Positions 1 to 13,062 of a stretch of DNA of 64,000 nucleotides are shown here, one piece after another. This DNA comes from Azolla caroliniana. Its lineage: Eukaryota; Plantae; Polypodiophyta. A model generated the notes under the pieces. The model ran no database searches and had not been told where the DNA came from. It saw nothing but the letters and a program-made list of their open reading frames with translations. The stretch is taken from NCBI GenBank assembly GCA_043228905.1, contig JBHGNT010000008.1:11656001-11720000 (forward strand), written 5' to 3'. A program made the position numbers and the translations under genes. Each line of letters opens with the position of its first letter. The stretch's first letter is position 1.

Positions 1-302
1 TTATGTATTCTTTGACCAGCTTCCATGGTTGTGGCCACCAATACCCCCGAGAGATTAGCTCGAGGGTTTTCGCGACCCCGAAATGACCTGCAAGTGGGTC
101 ATCGTGGCATTCCCGCAACACCCGGGTGCGACCCGGGGACGTATAAGAGATGATCTCGGAACAACAAACCCTCTTGTATGGTGAAGGTGTCAAGATCCTT
201 CCTTTTGGTCGCCTTGGAGGGGTTTTGCAGACTATCTCGAATCTCGTTGGCGAACGCATCGGTCTTGGATGCATCAGTGATTTGTTGGAGTAAAGAATCA
301 TC

Positions 303-2324
303 CTACAACATACAAGTGGCAAACAGATGCAATTGATCGGGTTTCAACAAACGTCTAGATTGTTGAGCATAAGTAGCATCCCCAGGGCGGAGTGCAAGGT
401 CAGCTCGGCGAGAAAGGGCATCAGCCTTCCCATGTTGGCCACCAGGTCGAAATACGATCTCAAAATCATAGTCGGCGAGAAATGTAGACCAACGGGCCTG
501 CCTTCGATTCAAAGTACGAGTGGTGGAAAAATAAACTAAATTTTTATGATCAGTCACTACCTGGACACGATGTTGTGCGCCGGCCAAGTAGGGTCGCCAT
601 TCTTCAAAGGCAGCAATGATAGCAGCAAGCTCCTTGTCGTAAATGGGATAATTGATTTCGGATGCCGTAAATTTTCGGGAATAGTAAGCCACTGGGTGCA
701 TTAGGTTGTTGTCGTCTGCTTGGGATAAGATGGCACCAATGGCAAAGTCAGAGGCATCGGTTTCGACTTGGAAGGGTTTTGTGGGGTCGGCATGTAGCAG
801 CACCGGGGCAGTGATGAATGCATGTTTGAGTGAGTCGAACGCATTTTGTGCCTCCAAGGTCCATAAAAATGGAGTGCCTTTATGGGTGAGAGCAATAAGA
901 GGTTGTGCTAGGGTGGAAAACCCCTTGATGAAGCGACGACAAAAATTCGCGAAGCCGAGGAAGGATTGCACATCTTTAAGTCACCTTGGAGTCGCCCACG
1001 CCTGAATGACAGAGACCTTCTTCATATCCATGGTGATGCCAGTGGGCAAGATGATGTAGCCCAGAAATTCGATCGAGGTACGGTCGAACTCGCATTTATC
1101 GCCTTTGGCATAAAGGCCATGCTCGCGAAGTTTGGCCAGAACTAATCGGACTTGGCAAGTGTGCTCCTCCATGTTTGGCGAGAAAATGAGAATATCATCG
1201 AGGTAAATGACAACAAAAAGATCAAGATATTCCCGGAAAATATCGTTCATCATATGTTGAAAAACTGCGGGAGCGTTAGTAAGACCAAAAGGCATTACCT
1301 TGTATTCGAAATGCCCATACCGTGTTCGAAATGCGGTTTTCCATTCATCCCCCGGCTTGATGCGTACTAGATTGTACGCGCCACGCAGATCAACTTTGGA
1401 GAAGACACGCGCAACTCGGAGCCGATCAAGGAGTTCGGGGATCAGAGGTAGCGGATAGCGGTTGCGCACAGTGAGTTTGTTGAGACCTCGGTAGTCGACG
1501 CATAAGCGTAGAGAGCCGTCCTTCTTCTTCACAAATAAAATGGGGGCCCCGACTGGTGACTTAGAAGGTTGAATAAAGCCTTTCTCGAGGTTCTCATCAA
1601 GATACACACGAAGGGCCTTCAACTCTGGTGCAGACAATGCATATAGAGGACCAAAGGGTGGACACGCACCTTCTTGAAGATCAATCGGACAGTCGTAGAG
1701 CCGGTGTTCAGGCAACCGATCAGCATTACATTTTTCAAATACGTCGGAGAAGTGTTGGTATTTTTCGGGAATAACATGGAGTGTGTTAGAAATGGCGCCA
1801 CAAACAAACCCATCCTGGACGGATGATGGGGTAGTCAATTCGGAGTCGACCGTCTCCGAAGGATAGGAAACTGAATTTACCTTCATACTTTTGCACAAGC
1901 ATCTTGGCTTGCTAAATGTGATCGAGCGGTTGCACCAATCCACTATTGGATTGTGCGCCTCCAACCACGTTAGTCCTAAGACGATCGGATGTCGAGGAGA
2001 TGCGATGAGGTAAAAGGTGAGCTCCTCTTGGTGTGAGCCCACCCGAAGCCCTAATGGGATTGTAGCTTGAGTAATTGCACCTGACGAGAGGACGCACCCG
2101 TCGATGGCTTCAACTGGAATGGGTTTTGAGAGGCCAACGACAGGTACGCCATGTGCTTGGGCAAACGCGACGTCGATGAAGCAAGAAGATGCCCCAGAAT
2201 CAAGTAAAGCAACAGACTGAATGGAACTAGAGTTAAACGAAAGCCATACCTCCAATGTGAAATTGCCTGATGGTCCGGCAATGGAACCAAGAGAATGTGG
2301 GCGACGGGAGATGTCCAGTTGCAT
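303..2324 (-). pseudogene. pol: pol (protease-RT-RNaseH) with a frameshift near 975 and a stop at 303
   Basis: LLDSGAS protease; LRLCVDYRGLN, MPFGLTNAP and YLDDILI RT motifs; ETDASDFAIG, YDKELAAI and TDHKNL RNaseH motifs. Split over ORFs 981-2324 and 303-971. Confidence 0.92.
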
Positions 2325-2329
2325 GGCTC

Positions 2330-3346
2330 CTACTGCAACCGAACGATGTTGTTTTCCGGATGTTGGGGTCCGGTAGCTCTATGGAATTGTGGGCGAGTAC
2401 TCCTAGGACAATGGTGAACGACATGACCGGAGGCGCCACAATACATGCACAAGCCATTAGCCCGCCGAAATTGTCGTTCAGCATCAGTCAATGGCCGAAA
2501 TCGGGCTTGATCAATTTCCATGGGGACAGGAGCATCTGCCGAAGTAGGCGAGTGTGAGGATGCTTGGGGTTGTATGACCGGGGCGTGACGTGGAAGTGAA
2601 TGAGGTGGAACCCAAGTCCGGCGCTCTTCTTGGCGAAATTCGAAAAGACGATTGTCACAATGGACTGCTTGTGAAATCGCTTGGGATAACGAGGTGGGCT
2701 CCGGAAAGTTTAAGAGAAGATTCTTGACATTGCTTCGAAGACCGCGCCGAAAGTGATCAGCTAAAGCTTGATCATCCCAATTGACGTCGCATGCTAGTTG
2801 TCGAAATTCGGAAGCATAGACCGAAGCTGCATGTGAACCTTGTTCGAGTGCATAAATCTTGTTAAGAGCTGTACGTCGTCGGTCCGTCTCTCCAAATGTG
2901 GCCTCTAACTCGGCGAGGAAGGCGGGAAAGTCCTCCAATAAAGGTGATGAGGTTTCTACCAATGGTGCAAACCAAGCTTGGGCCGGACCGGAGAGAAGGG
3001 TGCCCACAAGGCCGACTTGTCGAAGACCATCTCCATAACGTTGAGGTTGTAGCCGAATGATAAGTCGAACTTGGTTGATGAACCCTCGGAAACGCGACCT
3101 CGTACCATCCAATTTTTCTGGGAGGCTAACCTTAGGCTCAAGAAACTGTGACGAAGCTAGGCTAGATGTTGGTAGAAGATCGGGCTCTAGGCTAGGTTGT
3201 TGTGGGAGACTAGGGTTCAGGGGTTGTGAGGATAGGGAGGTACCGACTTGAAGTTCTTGTAAAGAATTTCGAAGAGCTTCATTTTCAAGCTGTAGTTGTC
3301 GTAAGGCTACCATTATTTGGCCTAACTCACTAGTTGAGTCGGACAT
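2330..3346 (-). CDS. gag: Gag (Retrotrans_gag with CCHC zinc knuckle)
   Basis: EPKVSLPEKLDG, QGSHAASVYASEF, PVPMEID and CMYCGASGHVVHHC. Confidence 0.92.
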   Translation of the reverse strand: MSDSTSELGQIMVALRQLQLENEALRNSLQELQVGTSLSSQPLNPSLPQQPSLEPDLLPTSSLASSQFLEPKVSLPEKLDGTRSRFRGFINQVRLIIRLQPQRYGDGLRQVGLVGTLLSGPAQAWFAPLVETSSPLLEDFPAFLAELEATFGETDRRRTALNKIYALEQGSHAASVYASEFRQLACDVNWDDQALADHFRRGLRSNVKNLLLNFPEPTSLSQAISQAVHCDNRLFEFRQEERRTWVPPHSLPRHAPVIQPQASSHSPTSADAPVPMEIDQARFRPLTDAERQFRRANGLCMYCGASGHVVHHCPRSTRPQFHRATGPQHPENNIVRLQ

Positions 3347-3396
3347 AGCTATGGCTTATGAGAGGGAGAGCTATGAGGATGGGAAGGTGAACAAAC

Positions 3397-3749
3397 TGTC
3401 ACGGATCATAAACTCAAGAGACAACGAAGAAGATAACCAAATGGACAAGAAAGAAGATAGTACTAAAGGAAAGACTCCATAACTGGTGTTGTTCACCTTG
3501 AATTCCTTCAAGGTGAACTCCTCTATTTATACTACATGGCATGCATACTTGTTGCACGCATGTGAATCTACAATAGAGCATGTAGGTATGCATGCATGTG
3601 CCAAGTGTAAATACTACAAGGGAGCAACTATGCACATGATGCTAGCAAAATAATAAGGACCAATTACATACATAACTAGTACTAGATATCTTGGTTAACT
3701 CATAATAGTAGATTATAACATGGTCGTGTCAAGAGTTCGAATCTTGACA
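3397..3749 (-). repeat. 5' LTR of the chromovirus
   Basis: TG...CA termini on the minus strand, TATAAATA at 3524-3531 (minus), directly upstream of gag. Confidence 0.8.
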
Positions 3750-6142
3750 GCCCCTTTCGACATCAAGACTATATAGTTGGTTCTTGTATTGGACAAGGAA
3801 GAGGCCCCACCACTATTCAACTTCCAAGTGGTGTTTTCTTGGAAATACATGATGTTATCTATGCGCATACCTCACTAAGAAATCTTCTTACATTTACAAA
3901 TGTGCGACGCAATGGATACCACCTCATGACATGGGAACAAGATGGGAAAGAGGCAATGCGAGTTGTCAAGCCCCTGTCAAATACTACCCAAGTTATTAAT
4001 GAGTTAGAAGTCTTACCAAACCACAAACCAATTGTATTGTTTCAACCTTAAAGCCCCAAAGATCCGCATGGCTTCATTTGCCCACTACTCCAATATTTAC
4101 TCGAAGGTCAATACTAATATAATGGATCTCTGGCATGATCGTGCCAATACAATGATTAGGAGAATGATCAATAATGTTCAAGATCTACCTTTAAAGTTGG
4201 AATACTTGAATCGAGTTAAAACTCGTTTTTGTGTTCCATGCGCATAAGGAAACCTTGTGATTCATCCTTCCTTGCACAAGGAACAATATGAGTCACCAAA
4301 TTTTTTGGAGCGTATACATGGTGATATCCATGAACCAATGCACCCTCCTTCTAGACCATTTTATTACTTCATGGGAGTCAAAGATGCTTCATCACGTTTT
4401 TCTCACGTCACACTTCTTTCTACTCACAACATGGCGTTGTCTGGACTCCTCACCCTTATCATCAACTTGCGTGCTCAATTCCTAGATTTTTCAATTAAAT
4501 CAATTCAGATGGACAACACTACCGAGTTTACGTCAACAACCTTTAATCGCTATTGCGAATCTATAGTTCAACATGGGGACATGCAATACTTCATGCAACA
4601 CAACTTCTCCAATTACAACCGTCATCATATCATGTTTACTCTCCCCATCAACTTATGACAACAACTTTCATGATCGAATCGGATCCTCAAACTATTCAAG
4701 AAGCAAAAGCATCTCCTTTTTGGGATAAGTGAAAAGAAGTTATTCAGATTGAGCTAAATAGTCTTCTCAAACGAGGCCTTTTTGGTAGAATTCCAGAGAT
4801 GCCTATTGGTCACACACCCATTGGCTATCGTTGGGTTTTTGTGCGGAAGCGTAATGATAAAGGAGAAGTCATTCGTTATAAGGCAAGGTTTGTTGCTCAA
4901 GGTTTCACATAACGATCTGGTATTGATTATACTTATATATATTCTCCGGTTATGGATGCCACAAGTTTTCGTTGGTTGATTCATTTTATTGTTCAACGAA
5001 GTCTTCATATGCATCTCATGGATGTGGTTCTAACTTATCTTTATGGTGATTTAGATAAAGATATATACATGAAGATACCTGAAGAACTTTGCAACTCTAT
5101 GCAGCTTGGAAAATTTTGCAATCCATCGATCAAGTTATGTAAGTCACTTTATGGACTTAAACAAGCCGGTCGTATGTGGTATCAACATCTCTCTCAATGC
5201 CTTCTTTCTCATGGATTTAAAGATGATGATATTTGTCATTGCATATTTATCAAGCATCATCTCAAAGAATTTGTCATCATCGTTATTTATGTTGATGATC
5301 TCAATATTATTGGAACATCCAATGCTATTGAAAATGTTGTTGCTATGCTTAGCCACCAATTTGAAATGAAAGATCTCAGTTTAACAACATTTTGCTTGGG
5401 TCTTCAGATCGAACACCTATCTAATGGAATTCATCTTCATCAGAGCTCTGTATCCATAAAATATTAAAACGGTTTTCTATGGATCAAGCTCATTCTATTA
5501 GAACTCCTATGGTAGTGCACTCTCTAGATCCTTCTCGTGACCCATTTCAGCCAAGATCTTCTAACGAGTCAGCATTGGGACCACAATATCCTTACATGGT
5601 TGTTGTTGGTGCACTTATGTACTTGGCCAAGTGTACGGGTTCAGACATTTTGTTCGTTGTCAATTTGTTGGCTCGATATAGACACGATCCTACCAGGAGA
5701 CATTGGACTAGAATTTTAAACAAATTTTCTAATATTTACGAGGCACTAAAGATATGTGTCTTTTCTTTACCAACGGTTCTATGCATGGTCAATTGACCGG
5801 TTATTTTGACCCTAGCTCAATGGACTGAGAAGATTGTCAGAGCTAATGAGCTAAAACAATGATGATGAGATGAGGGGGAGTGTTATGAACTCATGCATGA
5901 AATGAGTCATGCTATATCTATTTTAGTCGTAAGCTTTAGTTAACAAGACTTCATGACCTAAATAGTATGCATGCATCCCATCATCTTGTGGGTCATAAAC
6001 TCATGCATCTCAATCATTTTGGATGATATAGAGAAGAGCATAGCCTATGAGCTCTATCTAGAGATTATATTGATATGTGATTAGTGATCTTGATTAATAT
6101 CTAATCACTCATTGATCTTGCTTAACAGTCTATTCTATAACA
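3750..6142 (+). mobile_element. Degenerate Ty1/copia element (Bianca-like): integrase and RT fragments plus 3' LTR (~5881-6142)
   Basis: FLERIHGDI integrase, SPVMDATSFR / YLYGDLDKDIYMKIPE / [13 protein letters not shown] / IYVDDL RT fragments with many stops. The PPT GATGAGGGGGAG is followed by TGTTAT at 5881. Confidence 0.8.
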
Positions 6143-6726
6143 AAATGCCTATAATCTACCAATTGTTTGAATAGAATGGGTTGGGGGTATATCCCTCATT
6201 CCGCAGATTTCCCATTGGCTCATTCTATACACAACAAATATGTACGAACTACTTCATTAGGAACAAACTTCTTGATATGTTTTTGAAATTCCTCACCAAA
6301 AAAATTATTCTATTGAAACTACCCGAACTAGTTGGAATTAAGAAAATAGACCTTTGATTCAACATTGAGGTTTTACATGCTTTTTACTGATCAAATCTAG
6401 GAAGTCAACAACAATATAGATTAACTATGAGTACTTAGAATAAATGATATTATGTATGAGAGTTGTAGCTTTGCTATATACAATGACGGTCATGGGTTTA
6501 AGATCCTCTACGACCTTATGTCTATATATTTACAATATTCTATATCGATATTTTTGACATTGGGCATTCAATTCCCAAATTTTTCGAACTTAGAAAACAA
6601 GTTGCCTTGCTCCTTTTATAGCATTTTGGAGTTCTCTATTACCATGCACCATTGGCTTCTCTTTTTGACATGCAGTTCAACTTATCCTTGCATGGGTGCT
6701 TGGTTTCAGCAAAATGTACGTCATTG

Positions 6727-7218
6727 TGTCTAGTGTCTATATTTGTTGTATACTTCCTTGTCCTCACTATGGGATAACAACGCTTAGATGCAAATAAAAG
6801 ATAGGATGAAGTACGGAAGACAATACAGAAAGAGTTTGAATATGAAAACCGGATAATTACGATAATTCAGAATATTAGTAAATACTAAGAGATATTATGT
6901 TAAGGGGTGCCGTATCCGGAAAGATGCGCTGATCCGTATGAACACCGTTTTGTATCAGAACTGGCTACCTATATAAGGAGTTCGGATTGTATTGTTCGGG
7001 GCCGCAGGTAATATAATATAATTGGAAGATTTGTGTACTTTCCGTCTTGTGTACTAAATTGCTCTATCTTACGCGTGTAGGAATGTTTGTTGTTGATTTG
7101 TATATGTTATCCGGATTGAATACGTAGATTATTACCATACCTCCGACCACACCTTTGGATTGTATTCCGGTACGGAGTACTTATATGTTTGTGACTAAGA
7201 TTTAGTCCAGGATAAACA
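6727..7218 (+). repeat. 5' LTR of a tRNA-Arg-primed gypsy element; its degenerate gag continues at 13063-14011
   Basis: TG...CA ends and TATATAA at ~6970. Followed by TGGCGACCACG (7224-7234), complementary to a tRNA-Arg 3' end; the same PBS is at 56405-56416. The left boundary is approximate. Confidence 0.65.
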
Positions 7219-7272
7219 CAATTTGGCGACCACGATTTCTGCAAGAAGTAGTGAACGATAGAGGATGAATGT

Positions 7273-10200
7273 TGAAAAGAATATCGTGCGGAAGCAATAT
7301 AGGAGACCGAACAACAAAAGACGCAGGTTTAATGGAAAGCTTAGGTTTGCATAGTACGCACGGGAAAGATAGAGAGAGAGTAAACACAAGAACTTAATTC
7401 AAAAAATACTCAATCTGTACTCAATCTGTACATAGGATGTGCTGAGTGAGCACTTTTATACAAGCCCTAACAATCGGGCTGACACAAGTACTGAGAGTAC
7501 TTGACTACTCATAAATGAGCCTCGACACTTACTCCCAAAACTATTCCTTACAAGGAATATCTTTCTAACGGCCTTTCGGTCTACACACCGATACGGCCTC
7601 TCATAACGCACCGGTTTGCGTACCGGTTTACGCACCGGTCCAACCTAACCGATCGGTCCCAACCGATCTGGTCCTCGGATTGCTCAACCGATCTGGCCGA
7701 TGTTGAGCTTGTCTCCCAACACTCCCCCTCAAGCTCAACTTGAGGCTCTTCGGGATCTTTCGGATCACCGTTCCGGTTCCTCCTGGCTCGACACCTCGCT
7801 CGCGCTCCTCGGCCTGTTCGACTTCGCGCGCTTCGACCCTTCCGGTCAGCTTGTTTGCTCCCACGGCCCTTCAAAACTCCCTTGCTGTCGTGGTGTTGGC
7901 ACTTCTCCTACTGCCTTATTTTCCACTTGGCCCTCGGTTGATTCAGTGTATCTGAATCAAACATCCGAACCGACTCGGCTACCTCCGATTGGTTTCGCTC
8001 TCGTCTGAGTTGGCTGTCTCCAACTCGTCTTCGGTCTTCTTGCCCTTGACGACGTCATCTCCCCCATGCTTGCTTGGCTTTGGCTCTTTCTTCCGGCTGC
8101 TCCCCTTATGTCCGCTTTCGGACTCTTCCACGGATCCGCCCTCGACTTCTTCAGCCGATCCGAAGTCGAATTCGTCATCCGACTCGACGCTACGGTCTTT
8201 TCTGCTCCCTTCCGTGGTCACTTGGGACGTCTCTCCCCCTCAAGTTCGGCACGTCTAGGTGACGCAACCCAAGCGCACCCGAGAATTGCCGCAACTTGTC
8301 CAGACAAAGAGGCTTGGTGAAGATGTCGGCGGTCTGCCGATCCGTCGAAACATATTGAAGTTCGACTTCACCAGAAAGGACATGCTCACAGACAAAATGG
8401 TAGTGCACCTCAATGTGCTTGGTCTGTGTGTGGAAGACGGGGTTCTTCGCAAGCTGGATGTTGCTAAGGTTGTCGCAGTAGATCGTCGTCGGATCGGACA
8501 CCTCCACCTGCAGATCCTTAAGTAGCCGCTTCAACCATATGGCTTTGCATGTCGCGACAACTGCTCCTCTATACTCGGCTTCGGTGCTCGATAGTGCAAC
8601 TATCGGCTGCTTCTTGCTACTCCACGCTATCACGACACTCCCAAGAGAGAACGCGTATCCGGACGTGGATTGGCAATCGGTGGCGTTGCCAGCCCAATCA
8701 GCATCGGTGTAGCCAACCAACTACGGGGCTAGATTGGTCCGAAACAGCAGTCCCTGGTCCTTAGTGCCGCTTACATACCGTAGTACGCGTTGGGCACACT
8801 GAAGGTGCTCCTCGGTAGGTCGTGCCATAAATTGACTGATCACCCTGACCGGATAACTGAGATCGGGTCGGGTGATTGTCAAGTAAATAAGGCTTCCAAC
8901 AATTTGTCGGAACCTCTTCGGGTCGCACACCTTTCCGGAATTGGGGCGAAGGTTGACGGTTCTATCAAGAGGAGTCGAGATGGACTTACAATCTGCCATC
9001 CCGAGTTTGAAGAGCATATTCAGCACGTAATGACGTTTGCTGATCAGTATGCCTTTGGGGGTGCAGACCACTTCGATCCCGAGGAAGTAATGAAGATCCC
9101 TCTGATCCTTCATGTCGAACGATGCCGCAAGCTGGAGCTTCACGCGGTTGATTTCACCTAGGTCGGCGTCGGTGATGACCAAGTCATCAACATAGAGTAA
9201 AATACTGACCGGCTCGAGTCGACCTTTCTAAACGAACAGTGAGGAGTCCGATTTTGACGTCGCAAAGCCTATCTGAGACAGTCGATGCGTGATCTTCGTG
9301 TTCTAGGCACGCGGGGCTTGCTTCAGTCCGTAAAGGGACTTCTTCAATCGACACACTGCCGACGTGTTCGTTTCGGAGTGAAATCCGGGGGGTTGTACCA
9401 TGTACACTTGTTCCTCAAGCTCACCTTGCAAGAACGCATTCTTTACATCCATTTGAAGTAAGTGCCACCCCTTGGCCGTGGTTACCGCGAGCAAAACATG
9501 GACCGTCGTCATCTTCACGACCGGCGCAAACGTCTCATCGTAGTCGATGCCGTGTTTTTGCGCGTAGCCTTTCGCTACTAACTGGGCCTTGTATTGGTTG
9601 ACCAAGCTGTCGGTGTTGTACTTGACCTTGTACACCCACCTACATCCGATCGGCTTCACACCCTTCGGTGCGTCAACCAGGTTCCAGGTCTCGTTTTCCG
9701 CCAACGCGTGCATCTCTGCCTCCATCGCGGCGCGCCAATTCGCGTCCTTAGCCGCTTCTGCGTAGCTCTCCGGCTCACGCACTTCCACTACACGGGTCAT
9801 GTACGCATAATGATGCGCCATGTACTCGTTGTATCCGAACCGCACAACTGGGTTCTTTTGGCGAGTAGATCGGCGTAATTGTTCATTAGCCGATATCGAG
9901 GTCTTCTCGGCTGATGCGGACTTTGCTCTTGAAGACCCGTCGCCGCTTCCCTCAGAGTCAGACTCGCGTCGGTCTGATTCATTCCTATCCGTGCCAGAAT
10001 CCGACACCTTCTTCTTCCCTTTCTCTTTGCGCGTAAGCCGTCTCCTCAGCTTCCTGCGCGGGGAATGCACGGCCGAGTCTCCACTACTCGCCCGCTCTTC
10101 ATCGGACTAGTCGTACCGATTCAGTCGTTCATTCGGTCCACTTAACCGAAACGAAATCGGACTCTCTTCGCGGGTCTCGATTTCAGGCTCATCCAGAGGC

Positions 10201-13057
10201 ATCTCGGCCTCGCTGACATCATCGTCAGAACTTGGATTGGAGGTGAGTTCCGGAGTCGGAGGCAAGTACCAGGACGCGGACTCATCAAACACAACGTTGC
10301 GGCTCACTTGCGCTTGTTTAGTGCGCGGGTTATAACACTTATAACCCTTCTGCTCGTCCGAGTAACCAACCAAGATACATTTCTCGGCCTTTGCGTCTAG
10401 CTTCCTCCGTTTCTCCTTCGGCACATGCACATACGCAATGCTACCAAAAACTCGTAAATGTCGCAAGTTCGGCTTCGTTCCGAAATATAGCTCGTGCGCC
10501 AACACTTTTTCTCTGATCCGATTCTGGATGTATATTTGCGGTCCTTACCGCCTCGGCCCAATAGAACTTGGGCAAGCTCTTCTCTTCCAGCATTGTCCAT
10601 GCCGCTTCCACAACCGACCGATTTTTCCTCTCGGTCACGCCGTTTTGCTCCGGCGTGTATCTACAACTGAATTCACGCCGAATTCCCATCCGTTGTAGAT
10701 AACCGTTGAATGGACCGGAAAAGTATTCTTTTCCGCCATCCGACCGCAGACACTTGATCTTTCTTCCTGTTTCCGTTTCCACGAACCCTTTGAGGTTCCG
10801 TAAACAGTCGAAGACTTCGCTCTTCCTCTCGATGAGGTAGATCCATGTGTGCCGCGTGTAGTCGTCGATGAAGGAGACGAAATATCGGCTCCCGCCAAGA
10901 CTAACGTTTTGTGCCGGCCCCCACACATCGGAGTGTATCACGTCGAGCTTGTTCCGGCTCCGGTTACGCTCGTTGGGGAAGGGAAGTCAGTGTTGCTTCC
11001 CAAGTTGGCAGGCTTCACAAATTTGTGCCTTCCAGCCACTAAATTTGGGCAATCCGAACACCACTTGTTTCGATTGTAGGTCTTGAAGCCGTTGGTAGTT
11101 GACGTGGCCTATTTGCTTGTGCCATAACTCGATGTCCGACTTGACTTTTTGTCCCTTCGCGAACATTGCGGTGCCATCATCAGTAGAGTCAAGGATGAAC
11201 ATCCTCCCATCTCTGCGCCCTTGCGCAATAATACGGCCTTCTTCCTCAATGAAGCACCCGAGGTGTGTAAATCGTACCTGCATCCCCTGGTCGACGATCT
11301 GCCCGACCGACACCAGATTCTTCGTGATGGTCGAGATGTGTAACACGTTCATAAGTTTCACTTTCTGCCCGACATTCGCGATCGGATGCGGAGTGTCGTC
11401 TCCGGTTGCGACTACTCTTGGTTGCGTCGGTTTCTCAAGGTATGAGAACCATTCCTCAGGGCACGTCATTTGGTTTGACGCGCCGAAGTCAACGTACCAC
11501 ACCTCCTCCGACTTCGGGGTGATCTTCTTCATTGAGTTTGCTTTGTGTCTCGTCACGAAGATTGACCCTTTTTCGGCTTTTCCGGATCCTTCGGCGTAGT
11601 GCGATCGCTGCCGATTTCCTTTGTCGGTATGTCCGGAACCAGATCCGGAACCGGTCCTCTCCAACTCGGTGCGCTTTTTCCAGCACTCGCTCTCCCTGTG
11701 GCCTTTCTTGCCACAGTACCAGCATTCCACGACGGATTTCCCTTGCCGGTTCTCGTTGCCTCGACTCCCCCTGTTTCCGAAGGGCCCGGAGTTGCTGTCG
11801 GCATCACTTCGGTGCCTTCTTCCTTGATCCCGTCGGCCGCCTCCATTGCATACTGACTCGCCTTGTCCGCCACGACCACGGGGCCTATCTCCCTTTGTGT
11901 ACAACATTTTGTTGTCTGCATGCGTGCTTGTCGACGCACCCGCGTGGTTCTCCTCTATAAGGAGCATCGACTGTAAGTTGAAAAACGACGGCGTATTCTC
12001 CCATGTACACAGAGCAGTTCGGAACACTCCGAACTTTGACGCCAAACCCCTGAGACAAACCTGGACCATCTTGGTTTCCTCGATGTTCACATCGATGGAG
12101 GCTAAGGAGTCGCATATGTCCTTGATCTTCGAGGTATAGTCAGCCACCGACAAATCACGTTGTCGTAGGTTGCTCAACTCCTGTCGGAGTTGAAGCTTCC
12201 TGGCTGTGGTGCTCGCGGCGAAGATCTTCTTCAGATTTTCCCATGCACCCTTCGGCGTTTTTGCATCCCGAACGTAGCTTAATAGCTGTTCGCCCACACA
12301 AGACGCGAAGCAGTACAACACTCTGCTCGCCGATTGTTCCCACGCCGGGAAGTCTTTGTGTGTTGAATCGGGTGATGTGTCATTTGCACCATCGACATAG
12401 CTCTAGTAATCACCGTGTCCGAGCAGGTACTGGTGCATCTTGTAGGACCAAGATGCATAGTTGGTTTTGTTGAGCTTCTCCGTTGGAAGCAATCTAGCCA
12501 TTCCTCTCTCCATCGGTTTTCTTGTTCTTCTTCGTTGGTTTTCCCTTCAAGCAAAGTCGGCTGCAGAGGTTCTCAACCCTCGCACTCTGATACCATGAAA
12601 AGAATGTCGTGTGGAAGCAATATAAGAGATCGAACAACAGAAGACGCAGGTTTAATGGAAAGCTTAGGTTTGCATAGTACGCACGGGAGAGATAGAGAGA
12701 GAGTAAACACAAGAACTTAATTCAAAAAATACTCAATCTGTACTCAATCTGTACATAGGATGTGCTCAGTGAGCACTTTTATACAAGCCCTGACAATCGG
12801 GCTGACACAAGTACTGACAATACTTGACTGCTCATAAATGAGCCTCGACACTTACTCCCAAAACTATTCCTTATGAGGAATATCTTTCTAACGGCCTTTT
12901 AGTCTATGCACCGATACGGCCTCTCATTACGCACCGGTTTGCGTACCGGTTTACGCATTTGTTTTACACACCAGTCCGGCCTAACCGATCGGTCCCAACC
13001 GATCTGGTCCTCGACTTGCTCAGCCGATCCGGCCGATGTTGAGCTTGTATCTCAACA
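7273..13057 (-). mobile_element. Full-length decayed Ty1/copia LTR retrotransposon
   Basis: LTRs 7273-7721 and 12596-13057; tRNA-iMet PBS TGGTATCAGAG; PPT TTGAGGGGGAG; near-TSD AATGT/GATGT. Gag has CWYCGKKGHRESEC, integrase [20 protein letters not shown], RNase[10 protein letters not shown]. Confidence 0.93.
8190..12495 (-). pseudogene. gag-pol: copia gag-pol polyprotein, fragmented by stops and frameshifts
   Basis: ORF pieces 10987-12321, 10441-10941, 10107-10505, 9303-10070, 8721-9182 and 8190-8720 are in copia order Gag-PR-IN-RT-RH. Confidence 0.9.
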
Positions 13058-13062
13058 GATGT

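Larger units (their letters stand above)
1..3749 (-). mobile_element. Ty3/gypsy chromovirus-type (Tcn1-like) LTR retrotransposon, 5' part; runs off the window start
   Basis: gag, PR, RT and RNaseH on the minus strand are closely similar to the chromodomain-bearing element at 46319-52092. The 5' LTR is 3397-3749 (TGTCA...TGACA). Confidence 0.9.

Noticed and set aside
6143-6726. Host gene (93-aa ORF 6452-6733)
   Set aside because: AT-rich, no recognisable domain or convincing exon structure.
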